NCBI GenBank assembly: GCA_963827555.1 | Contig: CAWHBL010000008.1 | Location: 69,135 to 133,134 of the forward strand | Length of the DNA stretch: 64,000 bases | Direction of reading: 5' to 3' | DNA from: an uncultured beta proteobacterium | GTDB taxonomy: Bacteria > Pseudomonadota > Gammaproteobacteria > Burkholderiales > SG8-39 | In this document: positions 52,275 through 61,635 of the stretch, piece by piece | Layout: every line of letters begins with the position of its first letter | Numbering within the stretch: the stretch's first letter is position 1 | The notes under the pieces: generated by a model | The model's database searches: none | What the model was told of the DNA's origin: nothing | The model's input: the letters and a program-made list of their open reading frames with translations, nothing else | Program-made: the position numbers and the translations under genes

Positions 52275-53966
52275 ATGCTCGCCAGCCTGTTCCGATCGCT
52301 TCGCTCCGGGCGGGCGGCGAAGCTGCATGACGAAGCGATCAGCCACTGGCATCGCAACGACATCGGTGGCGCCGAGCAGATCTTCCGCCGCGCCCTCGCG
52401 CTCAATCCCGGCCTCATGGCCGCATGGTCCAACCTCGGCCTAGTGCTGCGCGAGCAGGGTCGGGCGGAGGAGGCGATCGACTGCCTTGGCCGCGCGGTCG
52501 AGATCGCGCCGCGGAGCGCCGTCGCGCGCTTCAATCTGGCTGCCGCGCTGATGACTTCGGCGCGCACCGACGAGGCGCTTGTGCATTTTCGCGAGTCGAT
52601 CCGGCTCGATCCGGCGCTCGCACAGGCGCGGGCGACGATCGTCAAGCCGCTGCTCGACCGCTGCGACTGGGACGAGGCCGACGAGCAGGTCGCCGGCCTG
52701 GTCGAGCTGTGCCGCCGCGACCCGCGGGCGGCCGCCGCCGTCCCGCCATTCCTGTCGCTGCTTGTCGCCCTCGGGCCCGAGCTGCGGCTGACGATCGCCC
52801 GCGCGAACGCCGCGACGGTGGGCGCGAAGGTGCGATCGCTTCCGCGTCCGACGCGCGCCCGCGCGTCGAAAGGGGGCCGCCTGCGCATCGGCTACGTGTC
52901 GGCCGATCTGCACCAGCACGCCGTGGCGTTGACCGCGGTGCGCCTCTTCGAGCTTCACGATCGCGACCGCTTCGAGACCTTCGCCTATTCGTTCGACGCC
53001 GCGCCAGACAGCGCGATCCGGCGCCGTCTGCGGGGGGCATTCGAGCACTTTGTCGACGTGCAGGGGGAGGCGTTCGACGCGACCGCGCAGCGCATTGCGG
53101 CGGACGGCATCGACCTGCTCATCGACCTGATGGGCTACACCGCCGCGGCGCGCCCCGAGCTCTTCGCCCTCCGGCCCGCGCCGGTCCAGGCGGCTTTCCT
53201 CGGCTTCGCCGGGACCACCGGGGCCGACTACATGGACGCGATCATCGCCGATGCCGTGGCGATCCCGCCGACCGACGAGCGCTGGTATTCGGAACAGGTG
53301 GTGCGGATGCCGGCCACGTTCTTTCCGGTCGACGACCTGCGGGTGCTGCCCCGGCCGGCGGAGCGCGCGGCGTTCGGCCTGCCCGACGACGCCTTCGTGT
53401 TCGCCTCGTTCGGCCTGCACTGCAAGATCGAGCGCGACGTATTCGTCCGCTGGCTCGAGATCCTGAAGCGCGTGCCGGGCAGTCTGCTGTGGCTCTCGCG
53501 CGGTCCGGGCGAGGCGCGCCTGCAGCGCGCCGCCGCCGATGGCGGGGTCGATCCTGCGCGGCTGCGCTTCGCGTCGCGGCTGCCCGACGAGGCCGATTAC
53601 CTCGCGCGGCTACGGAGCGCTGATCTCTTCCTCGACACGCGGACCTACAACGCGCATTCGACCGGGGCCGACTCGCTGTGGGCGGGCCTTCCCGTGCTCA
53701 CGGTGCAGGGCGATGGGTTTGGAGGCCGGGTGGGCGCGAGCCTGGTCCAGGCGGCCGGGCTGCCCGAGCTGGTGGCGAACGATCTGGACGACTACGAGGC
53801 GCGTGCCGTCGGCCTTGCCGCCCATGGGCGCCTGCGGGCCATGCGTGCAGCCCTCGACGCCGATCGCGCGCGCGTCCGGCTGTTCGACTCGGCGCGGTTT
53901 GCGCGCGAACTGGAAGCGGTGTTCGAGGAAGCCGTCGTGCGGGCCGGGGCTGGGCGTCCCGCGTAG
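52275..53966 (+). CDS. TPR-repeat protein with a C-terminal GT41 (O-GlcNAc transferase / SPINDLY-like) glycosyltransferase domain
   Basis: TPRs: AEQIFRRALALNPG, GRAEEAIDCLGRAVEIAP. GT41 body: RLRIGYVSADLHQHAV, HDRDRFETFAYS, IDLLIDLMGYTAAARPELFALRPAPVQAAFLGFAGTTGADYMD, NAHSTGADSLWAGLPVLT. Confidence 0.85.
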   Translation: MLASLFRSLRSGRAAKLHDEAISHWHRNDIGGAEQIFRRALALNPGLMAAWSNLGLVLREQGRAEEAIDCLGRAVEIAPRSAVARFNLAAALMTSARTDEALVHFRESIRLDPALAQARATIVKPLLDRCDWDEADEQVAGLVELCRRDPRAAAAVPPFLSLLVALGPELRLTIARANAATVGAKVRSLPRPTRARASKGGRLRIGYVSADLHQHAVALTAVRLFELHDRDRFETFAYSFDAAPDSAIRRRLRGAFEHFVDVQGEAFDATAQRIAADGIDLLIDLMGYTAAARPELFALRPAPVQAAFLGFAGTTGADYMDAIIADAVAIPPTDERWYSEQVVRMPATFFPVDDLRVLPRPAERAAFGLPDDAFVFASFGLHCKIERDVFVRWLEILKRVPGSLLWLSRGPGEARLQRAAADGGVDPARLRFASRLPDEADYLARLRSADLFLDTRTYNAHSTGADSLWAGLPVLTVQGDGFGGRVGASLVQAAGLPELVANDLDDYEARAVGLAAHGRLRAMRAALDADRARVRLFDSARFARELEAVFEEAVVRAGAGRPA

Positions 53967-53989
53967 GCGCTCCGCGCCCGCGGCCGCGT

Positions 53990-56104
53990 TCAGCGTGGAA
54001 CGACGATGTGCTCCGGCGGCAGGCCGGCGACCGCGCGGTCCCGCATTGCGGCGTACGCCCACTCCAGCGCGCGGGTGTAGCCAGCACTGTCGAAGAGTGG
54101 CGCAGCCGGCGCCTGCGCGGCCAGGCGGGCGCGCAGCGCCGCGCGCCGCGGCGGCGTCTTCACCAGGTCGAGCACCAACGCGCGGTACTCGTCGAGCGAC
54201 CACGTCGCGAGCTCCCCGAGTCCGACCGCGCGCAGCAGGCTGGCCGCCACCCGCGAGGCGAACGTCTCGCCGGCGAGGGTGACCACCGGCACGCCGGCCC
54301 ATAGTGCGTCGCTGCAGGTGGTGTGCGCGCCGTACGGGAACGTGTCGAGGAACAGGTCGGCGCAGCGCATGCGGGCGATGTGGTCCTCGAGTCGCGGCAC
54401 GTACCCCGCGACGACCAGGCGCCCGCCGTCGATGCCACGCCGGGCGAGCTCGGCGCGCAGGTTCGCGATCGCCGCCCGATGCGACTCCACCATCCACAGC
54501 ACGGCACCCGGCGCGGCCGCGAGCGCTTCGCACCACACGTCGAGCACCGGCGGGGTCACCTTGTGCGCCTGATGGAAGCAGCACAGGACGAGGCCTTGCG
54601 CCGGCAGCCCGTACGCTTCGCGCGTCTGCGTGATGCCGACGGTCCGCTGACGGTCGTTCGGCTGGAAGCAGTGCGGGAGCTGCACGATCTTCTCGGCGTA
54701 GTGCGGCTCGAGCTCGAGCGGGGTGACCGTGGCGTCGCCGACGAGGTAGTCCATGAGCCCGGTTCCGAGCGTACCCGGAAAGCCGAGGTAGCCGACGAGC
54801 ACCGCCGCCGGTCGGCGGGCGAACACGCCGTGGCGCGCCCCGTTCGTGTATCCGTTGAGGTCGACCAGGATGTCGATCTCGTCGGCGTGGATCCTCGCCG
54901 CCGCGGCGGCGTCGCTCTCCGCCGCGATGTCGACGAAATCGTCGAACGCGCCCTCGAGGCGTCGCCGCATACCCCCGGACCGGGTCGCCGCGGTCGAGTA
55001 GGCGAGCACCTGGAAGGCGGCGCGATCATGCAGCTCGATCACTTCGGCGAGGAGCCGGGACACGGCGTGATCGCGGAAATCCGAGGAGACGTAACCCAGC
55101 CGGAGCCACTGGCGACGCGCCGGGTGTCGGACCGGGCAACGGGCGCTCCCGACGCGCCGGAGCGTGTGCGCTGCCCAGCGGTCGGCGACGCGGCGCAGCT
55201 CCGCCGCGCTGGCGGAGAACGAGCACCACACGAGCGGGTGCAGCACCGGGCCGCCGGAGTCGAGGGCGGCGCGCATCAGTGCCTGCTCGCGCTCGAGCCC
55301 GTTCCAGTCACAGGCCTGCAGCTTCTCGCGCAGCAGCCAGCCGAGCGCGTCGGCGTTGCCGGGCTCGAGCGCGAGCGCCGCCTCGAGCGCCGCGATGGCC
55401 TCGGGGCCGCGGCCGGCAAGGGCGAGGACGTTGCCGAGCGTGGCGTGCAGCGCGACCGAGCGGGGCGCGGCCGCGACGCCGGCGGTCAGCGCCGCGACGG
55501 ACTCCTCCAGCGCGCCCGCGTCGCGCAACGCCTCCCCGAGGCGGCAGTGCAGCGCCGCGTCGGCGGGGTCGAGCGCGACGGCGCGTCGCAGGACGTCTGC
55601 CGCCTGTCGCGGCCGGTGCGCCGCGAGGAGAGCAAGGCCGAGGTGGCCGAGCGCGGCGCTTGAGCCCGGTTCGGCGGCGACCGCCCGCTCCAGCGACGCG
55701 ATCGCGTCGTCCTCGCGCCCCTGCGCGACCAGCAGCGCGCCGAGCTCCGCGTGCGCCGCCGCGTTCACCGGCGCGTTGACCGGCGCGAGACGGATGGCTT
55801 CGCGATAGCACTGCACGGCGTCGTCAACCCGCTCGAGCCGCGCGTAGGCGCGGGCGAGGAAAAGTCGCGCTTCGGGGTCGCCGGGTGCCAGCGCGATCGC
55901 GCGTTCCAGCCTGGCTGCGGCGGCGTCGAACCGCCCGCGGTTGCCTTCCAGGAATCCGAGCAGGAACCAGGCGCGCGCGAAGGCCGGCGCTTCGGCAGTG
56001 ACGGCCTCGAGCAGGCTGGCGGCGGCGTCGAGCTGGCCCGCGCGGAAGCGTTCGCCAGCGGTCTTGAACCGCTCGGCGATGTCGGCCGGCAGGGAATCTC
56101 CCAC
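53990..56104 (-). CDS. TPR-repeat protein with a C-terminal GT41 (O-GlcNAc transferase-like) domain
   Basis: C-terminal 704 aa of ORF 53990..57910, with GTG at 56102-56104 as the first plausible start. At least 7 TPRs. LRLGYVSSDFRDHAV, HDRAAFQVLAYS, IDILVDLNGYTNGARHGVFARRPAAVLVGYLGFPGTLG, GAHTTCSDALWAGVPVVT. Confidence 0.82.
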   Translation of the reverse strand: MGDSLPADIAERFKTAGERFRAGQLDAAASLLEAVTAEAPAFARAWFLLGFLEGNRGRFDAAAARLERAIALAPGDPEARLFLARAYARLERVDDAVQCYREAIRLAPVNAPVNAAAHAELGALLVAQGREDDAIASLERAVAAEPGSSAALGHLGLALLAAHRPRQAADVLRRAVALDPADAALHCRLGEALRDAGALEESVAALTAGVAAAPRSVALHATLGNVLALAGRGPEAIAALEAALALEPGNADALGWLLREKLQACDWNGLEREQALMRAALDSGGPVLHPLVWCSFSASAAELRRVADRWAAHTLRRVGSARCPVRHPARRQWLRLGYVSSDFRDHAVSRLLAEVIELHDRAAFQVLAYSTAATRSGGMRRRLEGAFDDFVDIAAESDAAAAARIHADEIDILVDLNGYTNGARHGVFARRPAAVLVGYLGFPGTLGTGLMDYLVGDATVTPLELEPHYAEKIVQLPHCFQPNDRQRTVGITQTREAYGLPAQGLVLCCFHQAHKVTPPVLDVWCEALAAAPGAVLWMVESHRAAIANLRAELARRGIDGGRLVVAGYVPRLEDHIARMRCADLFLDTFPYGAHTTCSDALWAGVPVVTLAGETFASRVAASLLRAVGLGELATWSLDEYRALVLDLVKTPPRRAALRARLAAQAPAAPLFDSAGYTRALEWAYAAMRDRAVAGLPPEHIVVPR

Positions 56105-56139
56105 GGCGGTGAGGGCCGCGTGCGGCCCCTGGCGCGCGC

Positions 56140-56490
56140 CTAGTTCTTCTCGGCCGGCGTCGACTCGGTCGACGTCGGTGCGCCCCGAGTGATGTACACC
56201 ATCAGACCCTCGGTCGCGACCTCGATGAACTTTTCCGTGTACCCGAGTTCCTTCAACTGCCACTTGAATTCGTTGCCGAGCTTCGCCTTGCCGAACAGAC
56301 CGAGGCGGTTCGCCCGCTGGAACTCGGCGGCCTGCGCGAGCGTCTCCTCGAGCACCTTCGTGAGGCGGGCGGCCGAGATCTTCTTTTCCGGGCTCATGTC
56401 GAGCGCGGGTGGGTAGCGCTTCGCGAGCTGGCCAGCGAGCGCCTGCGCGAACTCGGTGACGTGCTTGGTCGAAAAGGGCCAGAACGGCAT
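56140..56490 (-). CDS. Hypothetical protein (116 aa)
   Basis: MPFWPFSTKHVTEFAQALAGQLAKRY.... Lies between the 2OG-oxygenase-like gene and the GT41 gene on the same strand. No family recognised. Slightly lower GC. Confidence 0.5.
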   Translation of the reverse strand: MPFWPFSTKHVTEFAQALAGQLAKRYPPALDMSPEKKISAARLTKVLEETLAQAAEFQRANRLGLFGKAKLGNEFKWQLKELGYTEKFIEVATEGLMVYITRGAPTSTESTPAEKN

Positions 56491-56531
56491 GTTGGTTGGT
56501 CTCCTGCGGCTTCGTTTCGCCTGCGCGTCTC

Positions 56532-57308
56532 TCAGGCCTTCTGCCAGAGTCGCGCGAGGCCGACCTTCTCCGGCGCCGGAGGCCGATTCCCCACCAGCTT
56601 CGTGACGTAGATGTTGTACAGCAGCAGATCGCGCGCGACGCCGGGGTCGGCGATCTGATCGACGCCGTGGAAGGCGCGGTCGGTCTTGAAGAACGCGAAC
56701 AGCGAGTTCGGCAGGAACGGCATCGTCGCCGCCTTGTGGAACCCTTCGAACGGATGGTGCGCGGCACCTTCGCAGCGCCGCGACGCGTCCTTCGGCACGT
56801 AGATGGACGTCCCCAGGTGACGCATCCTCTCGTCGCCGGGAAGATAGAAGAGCAGGGACACGAGCTTCCGCGGCATGTCGGTATGCGGCGTGATCGCGTA
56901 GTTGGTGAAGTCGCGCACCAGGCGGGAGTCGGTCTCGAACCGCGGCTCGACCCCAGCACCGAATCGTTCGTCCACTCCCTGTCGGAACTTGGCGATGAGC
57001 GCCTGCGCGAACGCGTCGGCCGACAGCCAGGAGTTGAGCGCGGCCCAGAAATTGCCCTGCCCGGCGGCGAACTCCTCCTCCTCGAGGTCGGAGAGCGAGC
57101 ACACGAAGCGCTCCTTGTATGCGCCCTTGGCCACCGTCCCGGTCTCGTCGAGGCGCTTGTACGTCGCGATCTCCGGCAGTCGCGCCCGCAGCTCGGCGTA
57201 GAAGTCCGCCGGGAAGACGTCGGTGACGTAGAAGTGCGGGAACGGATGCCGCAGCAGCGGGGCGTTCGCGATGCGGTACAGGACGTGGCTCTCAGCGTCG
57301 AAAGACAT
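56532..57308 (-). CDS. 2OG-Fe(II) oxygenase-like protein (putative hydroxylase)
   Basis: 258 aa. A possible facial triad H-x-D...H in AITPHTDMPRKLVSLLFYL and DRAFHGV. Assigned by motif only. Confidence 0.55.
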   Translation of the reverse strand: MSFDAESHVLYRIANAPLLRHPFPHFYVTDVFPADFYAELRARLPEIATYKRLDETGTVAKGAYKERFVCSLSDLEEEEFAAGQGNFWAALNSWLSADAFAQALIAKFRQGVDERFGAGVEPRFETDSRLVRDFTNYAITPHTDMPRKLVSLLFYLPGDERMRHLGTSIYVPKDASRRCEGAAHHPFEGFHKAATMPFLPNSLFAFFKTDRAFHGVDQIADPGVARDLLLYNIYVTKLVGNRPPAPEKVGLARLWQKA

Positions 57309-58068
57309 AGTTCCCCACTCCCTGGAATGCCCCGGCGGTACGCTGCGCGCGGTCGACCTGCCCTTGCGAGTAGTCGAAACCGAGCGCGAGCATCAGGTCC
57401 ACGATCTCCCAATGCTCGTCGAGCGTGGAGTTGATCTCGATCAGGACCGACCGCACGCGCCGGTCGGCGAGCGTCGAGCGCCCGCCCGCGATCACCTTCG
57501 GCTCGATCCCGTCGACGTCGACCTTCACGTGCGTCGGAACCGGGATCGCCCCGCTCGCCACCAGCCCGTCGAGCGTGGCCGACACGCTCCCCTGCGTGAA
57601 CGCGGACGCCCGCGGCCGGTTGTGATGGTCGAGCGACTCGCCGAAGCTGTGGCACGAGCCGCCGGCGCCAAGGTCGCTGAGATGGAGCGGCCCGAGGCCG
57701 GCCGAGTCGGACAGCGCGATGCAGTAGGCCCGCACGAGGCCGTCGAGGCCGTTCGCCTGGATGTTGCGGTTGAGCAGCGCGTAGTTCTGGCTCTCGGGCT
57801 CGAATGCGAACACGCGCACGCCGCGGGTCTTCGCCGCCCAGATCGCGTACATGCCGACGTTCGCGCCCACGTCCACGAGCACGTCGGCGGCGTCGAAACC
57901 GGCGATCCACTCGATCGTGTCCGGTTCCTTGGTGAAGAGCGTGTCGGCGCGCCAGAGCGTCTGGCGATTCGGCGTCGCGAACACGGCCCGCGCGCCGTCG
58001 CGCTCGACCACGCGGTGGGGGGCGAGGGCTTCGTACTCCGCGATGTCCAGGGTCGACGTGGCGTTCAT
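57292..58068 (-). CDS. FkbM-family SAM-dependent methyltransferase
   Basis: VLVDVGANVGMYAIWAA, VFAFEPESQNYALLNRNI, VKVDVDGIE. Its 3' end overlaps the next gene by 17 nt. Confidence 0.8.
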   Translation of the reverse strand: MNATSTLDIAEYEALAPHRVVERDGARAVFATPNRQTLWRADTLFTKEPDTIEWIAGFDAADVLVDVGANVGMYAIWAAKTRGVRVFAFEPESQNYALLNRNIQANGLDGLVRAYCIALSDSAGLGPLHLSDLGAGGSCHSFGESLDHHNRPRASAFTQGSVSATLDGLVASGAIPVPTHVKVDVDGIEPKVIAGGRSTLADRRVRSVLIEINSTLDEHWEIVDLMLALGFDYSQGQVDRAQRTAGAFQGVGNYVFRR

Positions 58069-58323
58069 CTTCCGCGCGGGGGGTGCCGGAGCTCGCTCGC
58101 AGCGGCGGCTAGTCTCAGCTCCGCTCGGCTCCGGCGAACTCAGCTAGTGTACCCAGCGTCCGCGCCGACTGTCCACGCTCAATCCGCCCGCGAGCGCACA
58201 ATTTCCTCGTCCGGCCGGGGCGCCGCTGGCGCCGATTGCGGATCCGCTGCGGTCGTGACCTATGCACGTCCGCACCGCGGACCGCGGCCTATAATTCGAG
58301 GTCGCACGCACGAGGACAACGTC

Positions 58324-58992
58324 ATGACTTTCAGCCGGGCGAACCCCAGCCCTCGCTACGAGGCGCTCGCCCGCCAGTACCGGCAGATGCATGTCGAGGG
58401 GGAGCGCTTCCTCGGCATCCCCGCGCAGAACACCTTTCCCGGTCAGAGCCTGCCGGCGCAGGCCGACCGCATCAAGCAGCTGATCGTCGCGACCGGGGCG
58501 CAGAACGTCCTCGACTACGGCTGCGGCAAGGGGCTGCAGTACGACCTGCGCGGCATCCGCGGCCCCGACGGCCGGAGCCACGAGTCGATCCAGGACTACT
58601 GGGACGTCGACTACATCCAGTGCTACGACCCGTGCTACGAGCCGTTCAGCCGGCTCCCGGCGGGTCGGTTCGACGGCGTCATCTGTACCGACGTGCTCGA
58701 GCACTGTCCCGAGGAAGATCTCGACTGGATCGTGGGCGAGCTGTTCGCTTACGCGCAGCGCTTCGTGTTCGCCAGCATCGCGTGCTACCCGGCGAGGAAG
58801 CGCCTGCCCTCCGGCGAGAACGCCCACACGACGATCCGGCCACCCGACTGGTGGCGCGCGCTGTTCGAACGCACGGCGGCCGCGCACCCGGGCCTCGTCT
58901 GGCAGGCCTGGATCGAGCAGCTGCAGGACACGACGACCGGGCCGAAGAAGGTGGAGGACTGCATCGGGTCGGCCGCGACGGGGCCGTCGTGA
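58324..58992 (+). CDS. Class I SAM-dependent methyltransferase-like protein
   Basis: Motif I VLDYGCGKG. Post-I/II FDGVICTDVLEHCPEEDL. The stop overlaps the GTG of the next gene as GTGA. Confidence 0.65.
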   Translation: MTFSRANPSPRYEALARQYRQMHVEGERFLGIPAQNTFPGQSLPAQADRIKQLIVATGAQNVLDYGCGKGLQYDLRGIRGPDGRSHESIQDYWDVDYIQCYDPCYEPFSRLPAGRFDGVICTDVLEHCPEEDLDWIVGELFAYAQRFVFASIACYPARKRLPSGENAHTTIRPPDWWRALFERTAAAHPGLVWQAWIEQLQDTTTGPKKVEDCIGSAATGPS

Positions 58993-59712
58993 TCCGGGTC
59001 TTCATCGGCTACGATCCGCGCGAGGCGGTCGCCTTCAGCGTGCTCGCGCACAGCATCCACCGCGCGCGCCAGCGCGCCGGTCGCCATCGCGCCGCTGATG
59101 CTGAGCCAGCTCGGCGCGGAGCTTACGCCGCGAGCGCCATCCGCTGCAGTCGACCGATTTCTCGTTCTCGCGCTTCCTCACGCCGTATGCTGTCGGGCTA
59201 TCGAGGGCTGGGCGCTGTTCATGGACTGCGACATGCTGATGCTGGACGACGTCGCGCGGCTCTGGGCGCTGCGCGACGAGCGCTACGCGGTGCATGGTGG
59301 TCAAGCACGACCACGTGCCGCAGCGAGACGGTCAAGTTCCTCGGCCAGCCGCAGACCAGCTACGCGAAGAAGAACTGGTCGAGCGTGATGCTGTTCAACA
59401 ACGCGCGCTGCCGCGCGCTCACGCCCGAGTACGTGAACACGGCCTCCGGCCTGGAGCTGCACCAGTTCAAGTGGCTCGACGGCGATGCACTGATCGGCGC
59501 GCTGCCGCACCGCTGGAACCACCTGGTGGGCTACGACCCGCCGCGCGCCGGACGTGGCGCTCGTGCACTACACGCTCGGCGGGCCATACTTCGCCGAGTA
59601 CCGCGACTGCGAGTACGCCGCGGAGTGGCGCGCGGAGCGCGAAGCGATGCTGTACGCCGAGGAGCGATCGCCGCGTGCGGCCGCGAAGTCGGCCTCCGGT
59701 CAGTCCGTCTAG
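58989..59712 (+). CDS. GT8-like (DxD) glycosyltransferase, about 7 frame changes as read
   Basis: Reassembled from three frames: VIRVFIGYDPREAVAFSVLAHSIH / RASAPVAIAPLMLSQLGAELT / RERHPLQSTDFSFSRFLTPY / LSGYR / GWALFMDCDMLMLDDVARLWALRDERYAV / MVVKHDHVPQ / ETVKFLGQPQTSYAKKNWSSVMLFNNARC...HRWNHLVGYDPPRA / DVALVHYTLGGPYF.... Stop TAG at 59710-59712. Confidence 0.65.
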
Positions 59713-59772
59713 GGTCGCGGCGGCGGCAACCGCCTCGGAGCGCGCTTCACTCTTCCCACCGGCCGGCCGGCG

Positions 59773-61635
59773 ATGCTCAAGAAGCTGTGGGGCGAACTCG
59801 GACGGCGTCCGCGCACGCCGTCCCGTGCGGCGCCCGCCGGGGACGCTCTGGGCGAGGTCTACGCCGCGCTCGGGCGCGGTGAGTTCGAACCGGCCGCCTC
59901 CCGCCTCGCCGACCTCGACCCTCGCGACCCTGCGCTCGCTCCCGGCGCGTGCCGCCTCGGCGAGGATCGTCTCGGCCGCGGCGAGGAGGCCACCGCCATC
60001 GACTGGTTCTTCCGGGCGCTCAGCGCGGATCCGCTCAGTGCCCGGGCGCGGGCGGGGCTGGGTGCCGCCTACCTCGCGGCCGGGGACCTCGAGGAAGCGA
60101 TGTTGCAGCTCACGCTCGCACGCCGCTTGCGTCCCGGCGACGCCCAGTCGGCCGTCCGCCAGGGGCAGATCCAGCTCGCGTGGGGCAATCTCGATCTCGC
60201 CGCCCAGGCGCTCGAGGAGGGGCTCGTGCTCGACCCCGGCCAGCCGTTCGGCTGGAACGATCTCGGCATCCTGCGTCAGCGCGGCGGACAGCTGGCGGAG
60301 GCCGCGCGGTGCTTCCGTCGCGCGGTGGCGCTGGATCCGGCGTTCGCGACGGCGCACGCGAACTTCGGGCTCGCGCTCCGCGAGCTCGAGCGTAGCGACG
60401 AAGCGCGCGCCGCGCTCGAGCGCGCCGTCGCCTTGCGGCCCGGCAGCGCGGACAACAACGTCAACCTCGGGACCGTGCTTCAGGATCTGGGCGACTCGGC
60501 GGGCGCCGAGCAGTGCTACGAGCGCGCGCGGGCGCTCGATGGCCGGCACCCGGAGGCGCTGCTCGGCCTCGGCACGACCTGCCAGCGTCGCGGCGAGCTG
60601 GCCGTCGCCGAAAGCTGGTTCGTTCGCGCCCTCGCCGCGCGACCGGGGTTCGCGGCGGCGCGAACCGCGCTCGGCGAGATCAGGCTGGCTCGCGGCGAGT
60701 TCGGGTCGGGGTGGGCAGACTACGAGTCCCGTCTCGCGGCCGGTGCGGGTCATCGGTTGCCGATCCCGCTGCCGGATTGGACCGGTGAGCCGATGCGGGC
60801 CGGGACGCTGCTCGTGTACTGGGAGCAGGGCCTCGGCGATATCGTCCTCTTCGCTTCCTGCGTGGCGGAGGCGGCTGCGCGGGTCGGGCGACTGGTGATC
60901 GAGGTCCCGCCGGCGCTCGAGCGCCTGTTCGCCCGATCGTTCCCGGAAGCGGTGCTCAGTTCGCGGCTGCGTGAGAACCCGGCGGCGGAGCTCGAGCGCG
61001 TGGGACGCGTCGACGCCGCCGTGGCGGTCGGTAGCCTGATGCGGATCTTCCGCTCCGCGCCGGGATCGTTTCCGCGACACCGCGGTTACCTGGCGGCGGA
61101 CCACGGCCGCGTGGCGGTGTGGCGCGAGCGCCTGCGCACGCTTGCCGCGGCGCGAGTGATCGCGCTCTCGTGGCGCGGCGGACTTGCGCGGACCGGGCGT
61201 GCGCAGCGGTCGCTCGGCCTGGAAGCGCTCCGACCGGCGCTGTCAGTGCCGGATATCGCCTGGGTCAGCGTGCAATACGGCGCGCCGGGGGCCGAGCTTG
61301 CGGAGTTGCAGGCCGCGACCGGCATCCGGGTGCACCACTGGGACGAGGTCGCCGGAGATCTCGACGAGGTGGCGGCGCTAATGACTGCGGCCGGCGGGGT
61401 GCTCACGGTGTGCAACACCAACGCCCACCTCGCGGGGGCACTCGGCGTCCCGGTCGGGGTGCTTGCGCCCCAAGGGGTTTCGTGGCGCTATCAGGCCACG
61501 GGCAGAACCATACCCTGGTATCCGTCCGCTACCGTGTTCCGCCAGACGCGGTCCGGCGACTGGCAGGCGCCGATCGCCGACGTCGAGCGCGCGCTTCGCG
61601 CGGGCGCCTTCCCCGGGCCGGCGAATGCCGATTGA
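59773..61635 (+). CDS. TPR-repeat protein with a C-terminal GT9 (heptosyltransferase-like) glycosyltransferase fold
   Basis: Multiple TPRs, for example AARCFRRAVALDPAFATAHANFGLAL. C-terminal LLVYWEQGLGDIVLFASC, VIALSWRGG, LDEVAALMTAAGGVLTVCNTNAHLAGALGVPVGVL. Confidence 0.78.
   Translation: MLKKLWGELGRRPRTPSRAAPAGDALGEVYAALGRGEFEPAASRLADLDPRDPALAPGACRLGEDRLGRGEEATAIDWFFRALSADPLSARARAGLGAAYLAAGDLEEAMLQLTLARRLRPGDAQSAVRQGQIQLAWGNLDLAAQALEEGLVLDPGQPFGWNDLGILRQRGGQLAEAARCFRRAVALDPAFATAHANFGLALRELERSDEARAALERAVALRPGSADNNVNLGTVLQDLGDSAGAEQCYERARALDGRHPEALLGLGTTCQRRGELAVAESWFVRALAARPGFAAARTALGEIRLARGEFGSGWADYESRLAAGAGHRLPIPLPDWTGEPMRAGTLLVYWEQGLGDIVLFASCVAEAAARVGRLVIEVPPALERLFARSFPEAVLSSRLRENPAAELERVGRVDAAVAVGSLMRIFRSAPGSFPRHRGYLAADHGRVAVWRERLRTLAAARVIALSWRGGLARTGRAQRSLGLEALRPALSVPDIAWVSVQYGAPGAELAELQAATGIRVHHWDEVAGDLDEVAALMTAAGGVLTVCNTNAHLAGALGVPVGVLAPQGVSWRYQATGRTIPWYPSATVFRQTRSGDWQAPIADVERALRAGAFPGPANAD

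Noticed and set aside
53990-57910. 1306-aa ORF suggesting one giant TPR protein
   Set aside because: Only the C-terminal 704 codons (53990-56104) are TPR-GT41-like. The upstream part overlaps three well-supported genes (56140-56490, 56532-57308, 57292-58068) in other frames and translates to Arg/Pro-rich noise.
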